DNA from: Candidatus Moraniibacteriota bacterium
GTDB taxonomy: Bacteria > Patescibacteriota > Minisyncoccia > Moranbacterales > UBA1568
DNA: 64,000 nucleotides
Reading direction: 5' to 3'
Assembly: GCA_028688415.1 (NCBI GenBank)
Contig: JAQTYF010000001.1
Span: forward strand, 10,385-74,384
Shown here piece after piece: positions 1-8,684 of the stretch. The first letter of the stretch is position 1; each line of letters begins with the position of its first letter. A program made the position numbers and the translations under genes. The notes below the pieces were generated by a model. The model worked only from the letters and a program-made list of their open reading frames with translations. It did not search any database and was not told where the DNA came from.

Positions 1-113
1 AGGGGAAGTATAGGGGCTGACACCTGACCAGTGCTGGAACGTTAACGGGAGCGGTGCAAGCCAATCCCCGAAGCGCCAGTGAACGTCGGCGATAACTATA
101 ATCGTCCTAAGGT

Positions 114-384
114 TTCGGAACGCTCGCAAGAGAGTTTCGAAAGGACTGGGACGATTGTAGGAAGTGTGATAAAGAGATAGAAGAGCTGCTTCGTTCTCTA
201 GTAATAGAGAACAGGTCCTAAAAAATACATGGCCATATGCTGGAAATCTGCTTTGCAGACAATCAGCAGGAAAGATTCTTTATTCTTTTATATAAGGATA
301 AAGAAAATCCTCAGAGACTATATGCCATGCTCCTATAGTGAAATATAGGATGAAGATAGAGTCCTTCGCCAAAAAGGAGCGAAA
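114..384 (+). mobile_element. Intervening sequence 1 in 23S rRNA (probable group I intron without ORF). It sits between CCTAAGGT and AGCGAAATTCC, the I-CeuI-type homing site in domain IV.
   Basis: Conserved 23S sequence ...CGTCCTAAGGT stops at 113 and resumes with AGCGAAATTCCTTGTC at 385. The ~270 nt in between have no 23S counterpart. Confidence 0.55.
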
Positions 385-406
385 AGCGAAATTCCTTGTC
401 AGGTAA

Positions 407-1129
407 ATTGTCAGAATTGCCTGAATATCGTGGTAACATGGTATAAGTAACCCGGCTTATAACGGTGAAGCCTAACATCTGCCAATCGGCTGATTATGGT
501 AATACCGTGGGAAGTCCCCTGAGAAGAATCAAAGGGTGACCCCGTAACGACTGATGCGAAAGCAGAGGCCCCCGCCTATTGCGCGGAGGCAACACGCCGG
601 CTCTTATCTAACCCAAAAGAAACATATGGATCTTGCTTCTTACATTTCCGGTTTTGTAGATGGTGAAGGATGCTTTAGTGTATCTTTTACTCTTCGCGCA
701 AAATTGAAAACAGGAATAGAAGTTCGACCGAGTTTTTCGATCGGACAGAATAAGCGCAGTTTGAAACTGTTACAAGAAATAGAACAGTTTTTCAAATGCG
801 GAAGTATACGCTTTTCATCACGTGATAATTGCTATAAGTATGAAACACGAGATATAAGTGAGCTTATGCGGAAAATTATTCCGCACTTTGAAAAATTCCC
901 TCTTCAATCAGATAAAGCGAAAGATTTCAAAATTTTTCGTGATATATGCAAAGAGATATCTACTGCAAAACATCTCAATCCAGAGCATTTGAAACAGATT
1001 ATTCATCTGGCCTATCAAATGAATGGATCGGGAAAAAGGAAATATCCAGAAGCAGAACTCCTACGTGTTCTGGATAAGATGAAGATATAGTCTAATGAAG
1101 CGTGAAAACGTGAGAAGATAATATAAATG
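407..1129 (+). mobile_element. Intervening sequence 2 in 23S rRNA (probable group I intron) carrying a LAGLIDADG homing endonuclease gene
   Basis: 23S block ...TTGTCAGGTAA ends near 406 and continues with AGTTCTGACGCGCATGAAAGGTGTAATGA at about 1130 (equivalent to GGGTAA|GTTCCGACCTGCACGAATGGCGTAATGA). The ~720-bp insert contains ORF 554..1090. Confidence 0.6.
626..1090 (+). CDS. LAGLIDADG-family homing endonuclease (intron-encoded). Likely start is the ATG at 626 (MDLASYISGFVDGEGCF...); the listed ORF begins at 554.
   Basis: N-terminal LAGLIDADG-type motif (SYISGFVDGEGCFSV) and its location inside a 23S rRNA insertion. Size about 155 aa fits single-motif LAGLIDADG enzymes. Confidence 0.75.
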   Translation: MDLASYISGFVDGEGCFSVSFTLRAKLKTGIEVRPSFSIGQNKRSLKLLQEIEQFFKCGSIRFSSRDNCYKYETRDISELMRKIIPHFEKFPLQSDKAKDFKIFRDICKEISTAKHLNPEHLKQIIHLAYQMNGSGKRKYPEAELLRVLDKMKI

Positions 1130-1414
1130 AAGTTCTGACGCGCATGAAAGGTGTAATGACTTGGAAACTGTCTCAACGAACATCCCGGTGAAATTGCAAT
1201 GACGGTAAAGATGCCGTCGACCTACAGCTAGACGAAAAGACCCCATGGAGCTTTACTATAACTTGGTATTGAATTAAAGTTTTTGTTGCCGAGCATAGGT
1301 GGGAGACTATGAAGCACCCCTTCTGGGGGGTGTGGAGTCATCACTGGAATACCACTCTGCAGAGATTTTAATTCTAACCCGCGGCCATTATCTGGTCGGG
1401 GGACAGTGCCTGGT

Positions 1415-1446
<32 letters not shown>

Positions 1447-1668
1447 GTGCAACGGAGGCGTTTACAAAGGTTCTCTAGGTCCGGATGGAAATCGGACCGA
1501 TAGCGCAAAAGCATAAGAGAGCTTTACTGAAAGACCGATCAGTCGATCAGTTACGAAAGTAGAATTTAGTGAACCGACCATTACTCGTAGGAGTGTGGAA
1601 GATCATCAGATAAAAGTTACCCTGGGGATAACAGGCTGATCTTGCCCAAGAGTCCATATCGACGGCAA

Positions 1669-1706
<38 letters not shown>

Positions 1707-1916
1707 GTGGAGAAGCTCCCAAGGGTTTGGCTGTTCGCCAATTAAAGTGGTACGTGAGCTGGGTTCAAACCGTCGTGAGACAGGTTGGTTTCCTATCTGC
1801 TGTAGGCGTGTGTTGCTTGAGAGAACTCTTTCCTAGTACGAGAGGACCGGAAAGAACGAACCTCTGGTGTATCTGCTGTTCCGCCAGGAGCATCGCAGAG
1901 TAGCTACGTTCGGGTA

Positions 1917-1949
<33 letters not shown>

Positions 1950-2261
1950 AAGCTCAAGATAAGGCAACAGTATCAGTTTACTGATACAAAATTTCCTAGA
2001 AGATTACTAGGTTGATAGGCTGCAGATGTAAGTCCCGAGAGGGATTCAGTCAAGCAGTACTAATAAATTTATTCAACTTTCTTTTTTCTAACCTTGTTTT
2101 ATTCTCGCAAGAGAGTAATATGAGTTACGGTTAGCAGTGAAGAGTGCTTGTTAAATGGGGACACAACATTATATATTAGACAGACAATTTGGAGGCCCGC
2201 CTGCAACGCTATGCGTAGCATTGCGGGCAGGGGAATTTCCCATACGTTTTTGAGAGCAGAG

Positions 2262-2376
2262 TATCCGGTGCTTCTAGCGAAGTGGAAACACCTGATCCCA
2301 TACCGAACTCAGCAGTTAAGCACTTCAGCACCGATGGTAGCCTTCAGTGGCAAGAGTAGGACAGTGCCGGGTACTC
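2262..2376 (+). rRNA. rrf: 5S rRNA
   Basis: ...CCTGATCCCATACCGAACTCAGCAGTTAAGCACTTCAGCACCGATGGTAGCC...AGAGTAGGACAGTGCCGGG matches the universal 5S core (CCGAACTCAG..GTGAAAC..GCCGATGGTAG..AGAGTAGG). It sits about 190 nt after the 23S end. Confidence 0.8.
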
Positions 2377-2430
2377 TGAACTCAAAAAATAATGTAAAAA
2401 TGGTGCAGTTTCCGCCCGAGGCGGACCAGC

Positions 2431-2482
2431 CTTGGGCTGGAAGCATCAGCACCGATGGTAGCCTTCAGTGGCAAGAGTAGGA
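2431..2482 (+). repeat. Duplicated fragment of the 5S rRNA 3' half (pseudo-5S remnant)
   Basis: AGCATCAGCACCGATGGTAGCCTTCAGTGGCAAGAGTAGGACAGTGCCGGG repeats 5S positions about 2326-2372 almost exactly, about 60 nt after the complete 5S. Confidence 0.7.
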
Positions 2483-2527
2483 CAGTGCCGGGAACATTCC
2501 TCTTCAAATCTTTCAAAAATTACAAAT

Positions 2528-2556
2528 ACAGCCTGAACAAGGTTGTTTTTTTGTTT
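2528..2556 (+). repeat. Direct repeat copy 1 (AGCCTGAACAAGGTTGTTTTTTTGTTT), a weak hairpin plus T-tract, possibly a terminator
   Basis: The same ~27-nt string recurs at 3186-3212. The two copies bracket ORF 2632..3165. Confidence 0.5.
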
Positions 2557-2631
2557 GTCTTGACTTATTCTAGGGGGGTAAAATAGGGTTATGAACTGCA
2601 TAGTTTATTATTCTTTTAGTAAAAAATTTTT

Positions 2632-3165
2632 ATGTCATTTGAATTCTTCAATAAGAACGACAAGTCATTGAAAAAAGTAAGTAATACTGAAGATACTCCA
2701 GAAGCACAAAAAATGCTTTCAAGAGTATCCGATAAATCTGTTCAAGAAGAAATTATTTCAAACGCAGAGAGTAAGAAGACTGGTGTAAAGGAAAATATTA
2801 AGAGTATAAAAAATGAGATTAAGGATACAGAGGCTACATTGTTGTCCTTGAAGACACAGAAGGAAATGTTAGATATAGATATGAAAAACTTATTAAATAA
2901 AATAAGACGTATTCGGAATGAAGAGAAAAAAATAGATGATCATTTGGTCTCTATGAAGGCATATCTAAAGGGATCTGCTTTGTATGAAACTCAGAATGGA
3001 ACTTTGATATCAAGCCTTCCTGATGAACATCCTGTTATTAAGGAAATTGAACGAAAAAACACCGATTCTGATGCAAAGAAATCAGAGAATATGCAATCGA
3101 TTATCAACAGAGTTCTTAAAGCTACTGATACAGAGGAAATGCTAAAGAAAAAGAGAGAGAAATAA
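2632..3165 (+). CDS. Hypothetical K/E-rich coiled-coil protein (177 aa)
   Basis: Long ORF with strongly charged heptad-like composition and no recognisable catalytic motif. Flanked by 27-nt direct repeats. Confidence 0.5.
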   Translation: MSFEFFNKNDKSLKKVSNTEDTPEAQKMLSRVSDKSVQEEIISNAESKKTGVKENIKSIKNEIKDTEATLLSLKTQKEMLDIDMKNLLNKIRRIRNEEKKIDDHLVSMKAYLKGSALYETQNGTLISSLPDEHPVIKEIERKNTDSDAKKSENMQSIINRVLKATDTEEMLKKKREK

Positions 3166-3185
3166 TCTAGATTTTTTATAAAATA

Positions 3186-3212
3186 TAGCCTGAACAAGGT
3201 TGTTTTTTTGTT
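3186..3212 (+). repeat. Direct repeat copy 2 (AGCCTGAACAAGGTTGTTTTTTTGTTT)
   Basis: Identical to 2530-2556. Confidence 0.5.
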
Positions 3213-3235
3213 TATTTTTGAAATAAAAAACTATT

Positions 3236-3348
3236 GAATTGTCATTCTCGCGAAGGCGGGAATCTAGGTCTTGTAGTAATAAAGATATTGCCTTTCTAGA
3301 TTCCCGCCGGATGTTTATCCGCCAACTGGAGGACGGGAATGACAGAGA
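3236..3348. repeat. About 110-bp nested-palindrome element (TGTCATTCTCGCGAAGGCGGGAATCTAG ... CTAGATTCCCGCC ... CGGGAATGACA). A partial second copy lies at 62137-62167.
   Basis: Outer inverted repeat TGTCATTC.CG / CGGGAATGACA and inner inverted repeat GGCGGGAATCTAG / CTAGATTCCCGCC. The element is GC-rich relative to its surroundings and is followed by an extended -10 (TGCTATAAT, about 3353-3361). Confidence 0.55.
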
Positions 3349-3415
3349 GAAGTGTGCTATAATAGAGTCAATATTTCACCGATGAAGGTGATATGAATAA
3401 TCATTTTTTACACTT

Positions 3416-4255
3416 ATGTCTCGAAAGACGAAACAATTTTTTGTAGCCATGATTTATATTTTCCTTTTCTCACTTCTGTTCACTGTTGTCTATTTTGCTT
3501 TTATCAAAGCCCCAGAGACCTGTTTTGATGGTAAGAAAAATCAGAACGAACAGGGAATAGACTGTAGCGGAGTCTGCTCTGTCGCATGCAAAGAAATCGT
3601 GATTGGGACAGCGCTTCAGATAAAAGAACAATCCTTTATGAAAAGCCGAGAAAATACTTATGATATTCTTGCTAAAGTTTTCAATCCCAATGGAGAGATA
3701 GGTGCAGTTTCATTTTCTTATACCGCTTCGCTTCTTGACGCTACAGGAATAGTACTCGCTTCACGTACTGGCACAGCAAATACTTTGCCTCTGGAAAATA
3801 AATATCTTTTGGTATTCAATCTGGAAACACGAGGGATACCTGTTGCTGTGTCTCTTGAAATGAATGATATTGTCTGGGAACGATTCTCTGGATATCAAGA
3901 AAAACCAGCCGTGAATATCTATCGTAAAGAATACAATGAAGTTTCTTCGAGTGCAGTATTCAGCGAAGCGACGGGACTTGTCTCCAATGAAAGTTCTTAT
4001 GACTTCCAATCACTGATCGTACAGGTTATTTTGCGTGATGTTTTTGGCAAACCACTTGCCGTCAATTCAACCGAAATGAACACGATGCTTTCTCGAGAGA
4101 ATCGTGATTTCCGTCTCGTCTGGCCGACTGCTTTCCCAGGACGCGTGGAAGATATCGAGATGGTTGTTGATGTCGATGCTTATCATTCTCTGAATTTCAT
4201 CAAACAATATCTCCGAGAAGGAGCGTCTCAAGATTTTATCCCATCCAAGAGATAA
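3416..4255 (+). CDS. Hypothetical membrane-anchored protein (N-terminal TM helix, Cys-containing extracytoplasmic domain)
   Basis: ORF of 279 aa with a hydrophobic N-terminus (FFVAMIYIFLFSLLFTVVYFAF). Immediately upstream of and co-directional with the SEDS gene. Confidence 0.5.
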   Translation: MSRKTKQFFVAMIYIFLFSLLFTVVYFAFIKAPETCFDGKKNQNEQGIDCSGVCSVACKEIVIGTALQIKEQSFMKSRENTYDILAKVFNPNGEIGAVSFSYTASLLDATGIVLASRTGTANTLPLENKYLLVFNLETRGIPVAVSLEMNDIVWERFSGYQEKPAVNIYRKEYNEVSSSAVFSEATGLVSNESSYDFQSLIVQVILRDVFGKPLAVNSTEMNTMLSRENRDFRLVWPTAFPGRVEDIEMVVDVDAYHSLNFIKQYLREGASQDFIPSKR

Positions 4256-4267
4256 TCACATTTTTTT

Positions 4268-5413
4268 GTGCTTCGACTATTTTCCAAGTTTGACTTTGTG
4301 TTGATTGCGGTGACGCTTCTTCTTGTAGCCGTCAGTTTGCTCACGCTCTATAGTCTTTCCGTGACTTCAGATGCAGATTATTTTACCAAACAGTTGATAT
4401 TTTCTGTCATAGGATTCTCAGTACTGTCTTTCGTAGCCTTCTTTGATTATCGACATATACAGAAATATAGTACGCTCTTCTATTTCGGAACTCTTTTTGT
4501 CTTATCCAGCGTCTTGATACTGGGTACGACGGTTCGCGGAACAGCAGGATGGATTTCTTTCGGTATATTTCAGGTACAGCCGGTTGAGTTTTCCAAAATT
4601 ACGCTGATCATTTTTCTCGCGAGTTTTATTTCCAAGAAGAAGTCGGAGCTCGGTGAATGGGCGAGAGTGATTGCTTCTCTTGTTTTATCGGCCATTCTTA
4701 TTTTCCTTGTTTTGAAACAACCGGATCTCGGATCAAGTATTGTACTCGCGAGTATATGGATAGGAATGATTCTTTCATCAGGACTCAGAATGAAACATCT
4801 TATCGTACTCTTTGTTCTCGGGATGATGCTTATTGGAGGAAGCTGGTTCGCGCTCGCGGATTATCAGAAGGACCGTATCAACAACTTCATTCATCCAGAA
4901 TCCGATCCCAAGGGGAGTGGATACAACGTTCTTCAGTCTATCGTTGCTGTTGGTTCGGGAGGATTGTTTGGCAAGGGTATTGGTCATGGGTCGCAGTCTC
5001 AGCTCAACTTCCTTCCCGAGAAACACACGGACTTCATTTTCGCTGTTATTGCCGAAGAGCTCGGACTTATTGGTTCATTTTTTGTAATAAGTTTGTATCT
5101 TGTACTTTTATACCGTATCAAGCGTATTGGCGATATGGCGAGTGATAATTTTGGTTATTTGATCGCTGTTGGAGTGCTGGTGATGCTCTTTGTGCAGATT
5201 GTGATCAATATCGGTATGAATATTGGCTTGCTTCCAGTGACCGGATTACCTGCCCCACTCGTGAGCTATGGCGGAAGCTCTCTTGTTACCACTCTTTTGG
5301 CCCTTGGACTGCTTCTTAATATTTATCAGAAACGTCGAGAGAATACCGATCTTCATATTTCTCTCGAGAAGAGTGTGCTCGACGAGCATATGATTGTCGA
5401 AAGAGAAGCATAA
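4268..5413 (+). CDS. SEDS-family peptidoglycan glycosyltransferase (FtsW/RodA/SpoVE)
   Basis: Multi-TM protein with the characteristic C-terminal block ...FIFAVIAEELGLIGS...GLLPVTGLPAPLVSYGGSSLVT... (RodA/FtsW signature PLxSYGGSS). Confidence 0.85.
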   Translation: MLRLFSKFDFVLIAVTLLLVAVSLLTLYSLSVTSDADYFTKQLIFSVIGFSVLSFVAFFDYRHIQKYSTLFYFGTLFVLSSVLILGTTVRGTAGWISFGIFQVQPVEFSKITLIIFLASFISKKKSELGEWARVIASLVLSAILIFLVLKQPDLGSSIVLASIWIGMILSSGLRMKHLIVLFVLGMMLIGGSWFALADYQKDRINNFIHPESDPKGSGYNVLQSIVAVGSGGLFGKGIGHGSQSQLNFLPEKHTDFIFAVIAEELGLIGSFFVISLYLVLLYRIKRIGDMASDNFGYLIAVGVLVMLFVQIVINIGMNIGLLPVTGLPAPLVSYGGSSLVTTLLALGLLLNIYQKRRENTDLHISLEKSVLDEHMIVEREA

Positions 5414-5483
5414 TACCTGTCAGGAGAGTGATAAAGAATCGGAGAAAATCGTATGATGATGTATATATCTGCGCAGAGTGCGT

Positions 5484-5512
5484 TTGACGAATATCTCCTT
5501 TCTTGCTACAAT
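5484..5512 (+). promoter_or_regulatory. Sigma70-like promoter TTGACG-17-TACAAT upstream of secG
   Basis: TTGACG (5484-5489), 17-nt spacer, TACAAT (5507-5512). Confidence 0.45.
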
Positions 5513-5540
5513 AAAAAGGCTTAAAAAAAGCATTCCCTCT

Positions 5541-5559
5541 ATTCTATCACTGATAGAAT
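5541..5559. promoter_or_regulatory. Perfect 19-bp palindrome ATTCTATCACTGATAGAAT (tetO-like core CTATCACTGATAG), a candidate operator just downstream of the secG promoter
   Basis: Exact self-complementarity over 19 bp, about 30 nt downstream of the predicted -10. Confidence 0.4.
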
Positions 5560-5581
5560 ATCTTTATTTCTTATCAATCTT

Positions 5582-5806
5582 ATGAGAAGTTTCCTTATCG
5601 TGCAGGCCGTGGTCGCCATTTTGCTTACCCTCTCTATCCTTCTTCAGAATCGAGGCTCTGGTCTCGGGAGTACTTTTGGGGGTGATTTTGGTGGATATTA
5701 TACCAAAAGAGGTATGGAAAAATTCCTTATTTACGCGACAGTCGTTTTGGCGATTATTTTTTTCGCACTTGCCATTCTCAATGTCTGGCTCCCACTTCAT
5801 TCTTAA
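5582..5806 (+). CDS. secG: Preprotein translocase subunit SecG
   Basis: 74 aa with two TM segments and the SecG loop motif LLQNRGSGLGSTFGG (compare LLQxGKGxxxGxxFGG). Confidence 0.75.
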   Translation: MRSFLIVQAVVAILLTLSILLQNRGSGLGSTFGGDFGGYYTKRGMEKFLIYATVVLAIIFFALAILNVWLPLHS

Positions 5807-5878
5807 TATACGCGTATTCGTATCTTTGAATCCATCCTCATCTTAAAGAGACTCAAATGGGCACGTCTGTTCCAGGCT

Positions 5879-7522
5879 TTGAGAATGAGAGATAAAATTA
5901 TTATTTCCTTTTTTATTGTAACGAGTGTTACAGCGCTTGTTTTTTGGCTTGGTGCACTGTATGTCGTGTCGACAGTTACTGTCCCGCAAGCAGGCGGTGA
6001 ATACACTGAGGGGATTGTGGCTCAACCACGTTATATCAATCCTATCCTTTCTCAGACGAGTGATGCTGATGCTGATCTCGTAGAATTGATCTATAGCGGA
6101 CTGTTTTCATACGATGCTGATGGGAATCTGATCAATCGTTTGGCGGAAGATTATTCCGTTTCTTCTGATGGAAAAGTATACACGATACATATCCGTCAGG
6201 GTGTCAAATGGCATGACGGCGAAGAGCTCACAGCCGATGATGTTGTCTATACTATTCGATCGATTCAGAATCCAGCTTACAAAAGTCCTCTCCGATCAAA
6301 TTGGTTGTCTGTAGAGACCGATGCTCCTGAGAAATACACTGTAACGTTTACTCTTCAAAAATCGTATTCTCGATTCTTGAATAACTTGACCGTAGGTATA
6401 TTGCCGAAGCATATCTGGAAAAACATTGCACAAGAAAGCTTCTTTCTCGCAGATTATAATCTTGCTCCTGTTGGTAGTGGTCCATACATTTTTTTTAATT
6501 CCGAAAAAGATTCAAGTGGAAATATTCTTTCGTACGAACTTCGTGCATGGAAGGAATATTTCGATGGCGCACCGTATATTTCGAAAATTGTTTTCCATTT
6601 CTATCCTGACGAACAGACACTGATCGACGCATACAATAAGAAAGAAGTGCTTGGTATCAATTCGCTTGTCCCTGAAAATATTTCCAAACTCAAGGCACGC
6701 AAGAGTACTCGCATCTATGATATCAATACACCTCGAGTTTTTTCTGTCTTCTTCAATCCGACAACGAGTGTTCCTCTTGCAAATGATGAAGTGCGCGAAG
6801 CTTTGAGTTATGCTATTGATCGGGAAACCATTGTACGTGAAGTGCTCTCGGGCAAGGGTCAGCCTGCCTTCGGTCCACTCCTTTCTTTTATGAGTGGATA
6901 TACTCCTGATTTTGCATTGCCGTCTTTTGATCAGGAGAGAGCCAATGCTCTTTTTGATGAGCATGGCTGGACACGTGGTACGGATGGTATTCGTTCCAAG
7001 GGTGGTGTGGCTCTCGAATTCAGTCTCGCTGTACCAGAGTGGCCAGAACTTGTGAAAACAGCAGATATTCTCAAATCAGGATGGGAACAAATAGGAGCAC
7101 GAGTGACGGTGAATATTGTGAACACTGCTGATTTGCAACAAAATATCATTCGTCCTCGTCAGTATGACGCCCTTCTTTTCGGTGAAGCATCATCGGTTGC
7201 TTCTGATCCTTATCCTTTCTGGCATTCCAGTCAAAAACGTGACCCAGGACTCAATCTCGCGTTGCTTGATAACAAAGATGTAGATGATGTTCTTGTCTCG
7301 CTTCGCGAAGAATTAGATGGAGAGAAACAAAAAGAACAATACAGAAAGTTTCAAGAGCTTCTTCTTCGGGAAAAGCCAGCCATTTTCTTGTATTCGCCGA
7401 CCTATCTCTATCTCGTGAGTAGTGTCGTGCAGGGTATCGATATACACACGATGGATACATCTCATTTTCGTTTGAGTAATGTCAAAAATTGGTACATCAA
7501 AACCGATCGGGTGAAAAAGTAA
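5879..7522 (+). CDS. ABC transporter substrate-binding protein, family 5 (peptide/nickel/oligosaccharide type), membrane-anchored
   Basis: N-terminal TM helix, then SBP_bac_5-like blocks (YTEGIVAQPRYINPIL..., GSGPY...). 547 aa. Confidence 0.65.
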   Translation: MRMRDKIIISFFIVTSVTALVFWLGALYVVSTVTVPQAGGEYTEGIVAQPRYINPILSQTSDADADLVELIYSGLFSYDADGNLINRLAEDYSVSSDGKVYTIHIRQGVKWHDGEELTADDVVYTIRSIQNPAYKSPLRSNWLSVETDAPEKYTVTFTLQKSYSRFLNNLTVGILPKHIWKNIAQESFFLADYNLAPVGSGPYIFFNSEKDSSGNILSYELRAWKEYFDGAPYISKIVFHFYPDEQTLIDAYNKKEVLGINSLVPENISKLKARKSTRIYDINTPRVFSVFFNPTTSVPLANDEVREALSYAIDRETIVREVLSGKGQPAFGPLLSFMSGYTPDFALPSFDQERANALFDEHGWTRGTDGIRSKGGVALEFSLAVPEWPELVKTADILKSGWEQIGARVTVNIVNTADLQQNIIRPRQYDALLFGEASSVASDPYPFWHSSQKRDPGLNLALLDNKDVDDVLVSLREELDGEKQKEQYRKFQELLLREKPAIFLYSPTYLYLVSSVVQGIDIHTMDTSHFRLSNVKNWYIKTDRVKK

Positions 7523-7628
7523 TTTTCAATTTTCAAACAATGATTGAATTTTAAAATTTCGAAATTGGTTCATTGGAAATTGTTTAGAAATTAGAAATTG
7601 AAAATTAAAAACATTAAAAAATATTCTT

Positions 7629-8666
7629 ATGTTAAATCCTCTCGACACCTATAATTTTCGTCAGATGATCATTGATAGTCCTCTCCAGTTTCGGACAGGA
7701 TTTGATCTCGCCAAGGATATAAAAATACCAGGAACATTTACTTCTATTATGATTTCTGGTATGGGGGGCTCGGCACTTCCGGGTAATATTTTCCGTACCT
7801 ATCTCGACAATGCGTTCATTCAAGAAAAAAAAGATCCGACCAAGGAATCTCCCATTGCCGTGTATCAGAATCGTTCATACAGTCTTCCTCGAGAAGCTTT
7901 CAAAGATTGTCTCAATTTTATTTGTTCGTATTCTGGTAATACCGAAGAGACGATTGCTTCTTTTGAAGAAGCTCTCAAGAATAATTTGCCTTGCATCGGA
8001 CTTTCGAGTGGAGGAAAGATAGAAGAGATGTGTAAAGCAAATGATGTCCCTCATATCAAACTTCCTATTCCTTTTCCAGGATTTCAGCCTCGTGTCGGCA
8101 CTGGATATTTTTTCAGTACGATGCTTCAGGTACTCGTGAATCAGAGAATGACTCGTGATACGACTACAGAGCTTTTGCAGGAGGTAGAGCTCATGCAGAC
8201 GAGAATCACCGATATCGAAGAACAAGGAAAGAATTTTGCCAAACAGGTCATCGGGAAAACGCCCGTGATATATACTACACCAGAATATCAGTCCGTAGCG
8301 ATGGTGTGGAAAATCAAGTTCAATGAGAATGCCAAGACACCAGCTTTTTGGAATTTTTTTCCAGAACTGAATCACAACGAAATGGTAGGATGGACTCTTC
8401 CTCAGGGAAAGTTTATTGTCTTTATGCTTCGTGATACACTTGCACATCCACGCATTCTGAAACGTTTTGAAATAACCGCAGGACTGCTCCGTGAGAAGGG
8501 TGTCGAAGTGGTGACAGTCGATATGGTAGGAGAAACTGTTTTTGACAAGATATTTTCGAGTATTCTCTTGGCTGATTTCACTTCATATTTTCTCGCTCTG
8601 GAATACGGAGAGAATCCGACGCCTGTCGATATGGTGGAATCGCTCAAAGAACTTTTGGTAGCGTAA
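7629..8666 (+). CDS. Bifunctional phosphoglucose/phosphomannose isomerase (SIS-domain, archaeal/bacterial PGI-PMI type)
   Basis: SIS motif IMISGMGGSALPGNIF and overall length and pattern of the PGI/PMI family. Adjacent to manC. Confidence 0.6.
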   Translation: MLNPLDTYNFRQMIIDSPLQFRTGFDLAKDIKIPGTFTSIMISGMGGSALPGNIFRTYLDNAFIQEKKDPTKESPIAVYQNRSYSLPREAFKDCLNFICSYSGNTEETIASFEEALKNNLPCIGLSSGGKIEEMCKANDVPHIKLPIPFPGFQPRVGTGYFFSTMLQVLVNQRMTRDTTTELLQEVELMQTRITDIEEQGKNFAKQVIGKTPVIYTTPEYQSVAMVWKIKFNENAKTPAFWNFFPELNHNEMVGWTLPQGKFIVFMLRDTLAHPRILKRFEITAGLLREKGVEVVTVDMVGETVFDKIFSSILLADFTSYFLALEYGENPTPVDMVESLKELLVA

Positions 8667-8684
8667 CAATTTGAATGATATTCT

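Noticed and set aside
4657-5145. Alternative-frame ORFs inside the SEDS gene (4657..5145 +, 4778..5026 -, 4833..5087 +)
   Set aside because: The SEDS frame carries the conserved family motifs. The others are overlapping frame artefacts.
7523-7628. AT-rich intergenic stretch with repeated GAAATT/AAATTG words between the SBP gene and the PGI/PMI gene
   Set aside because: It is low-complexity AT-rich promoter-region DNA with no consistent repeat unit or dyad symmetry.
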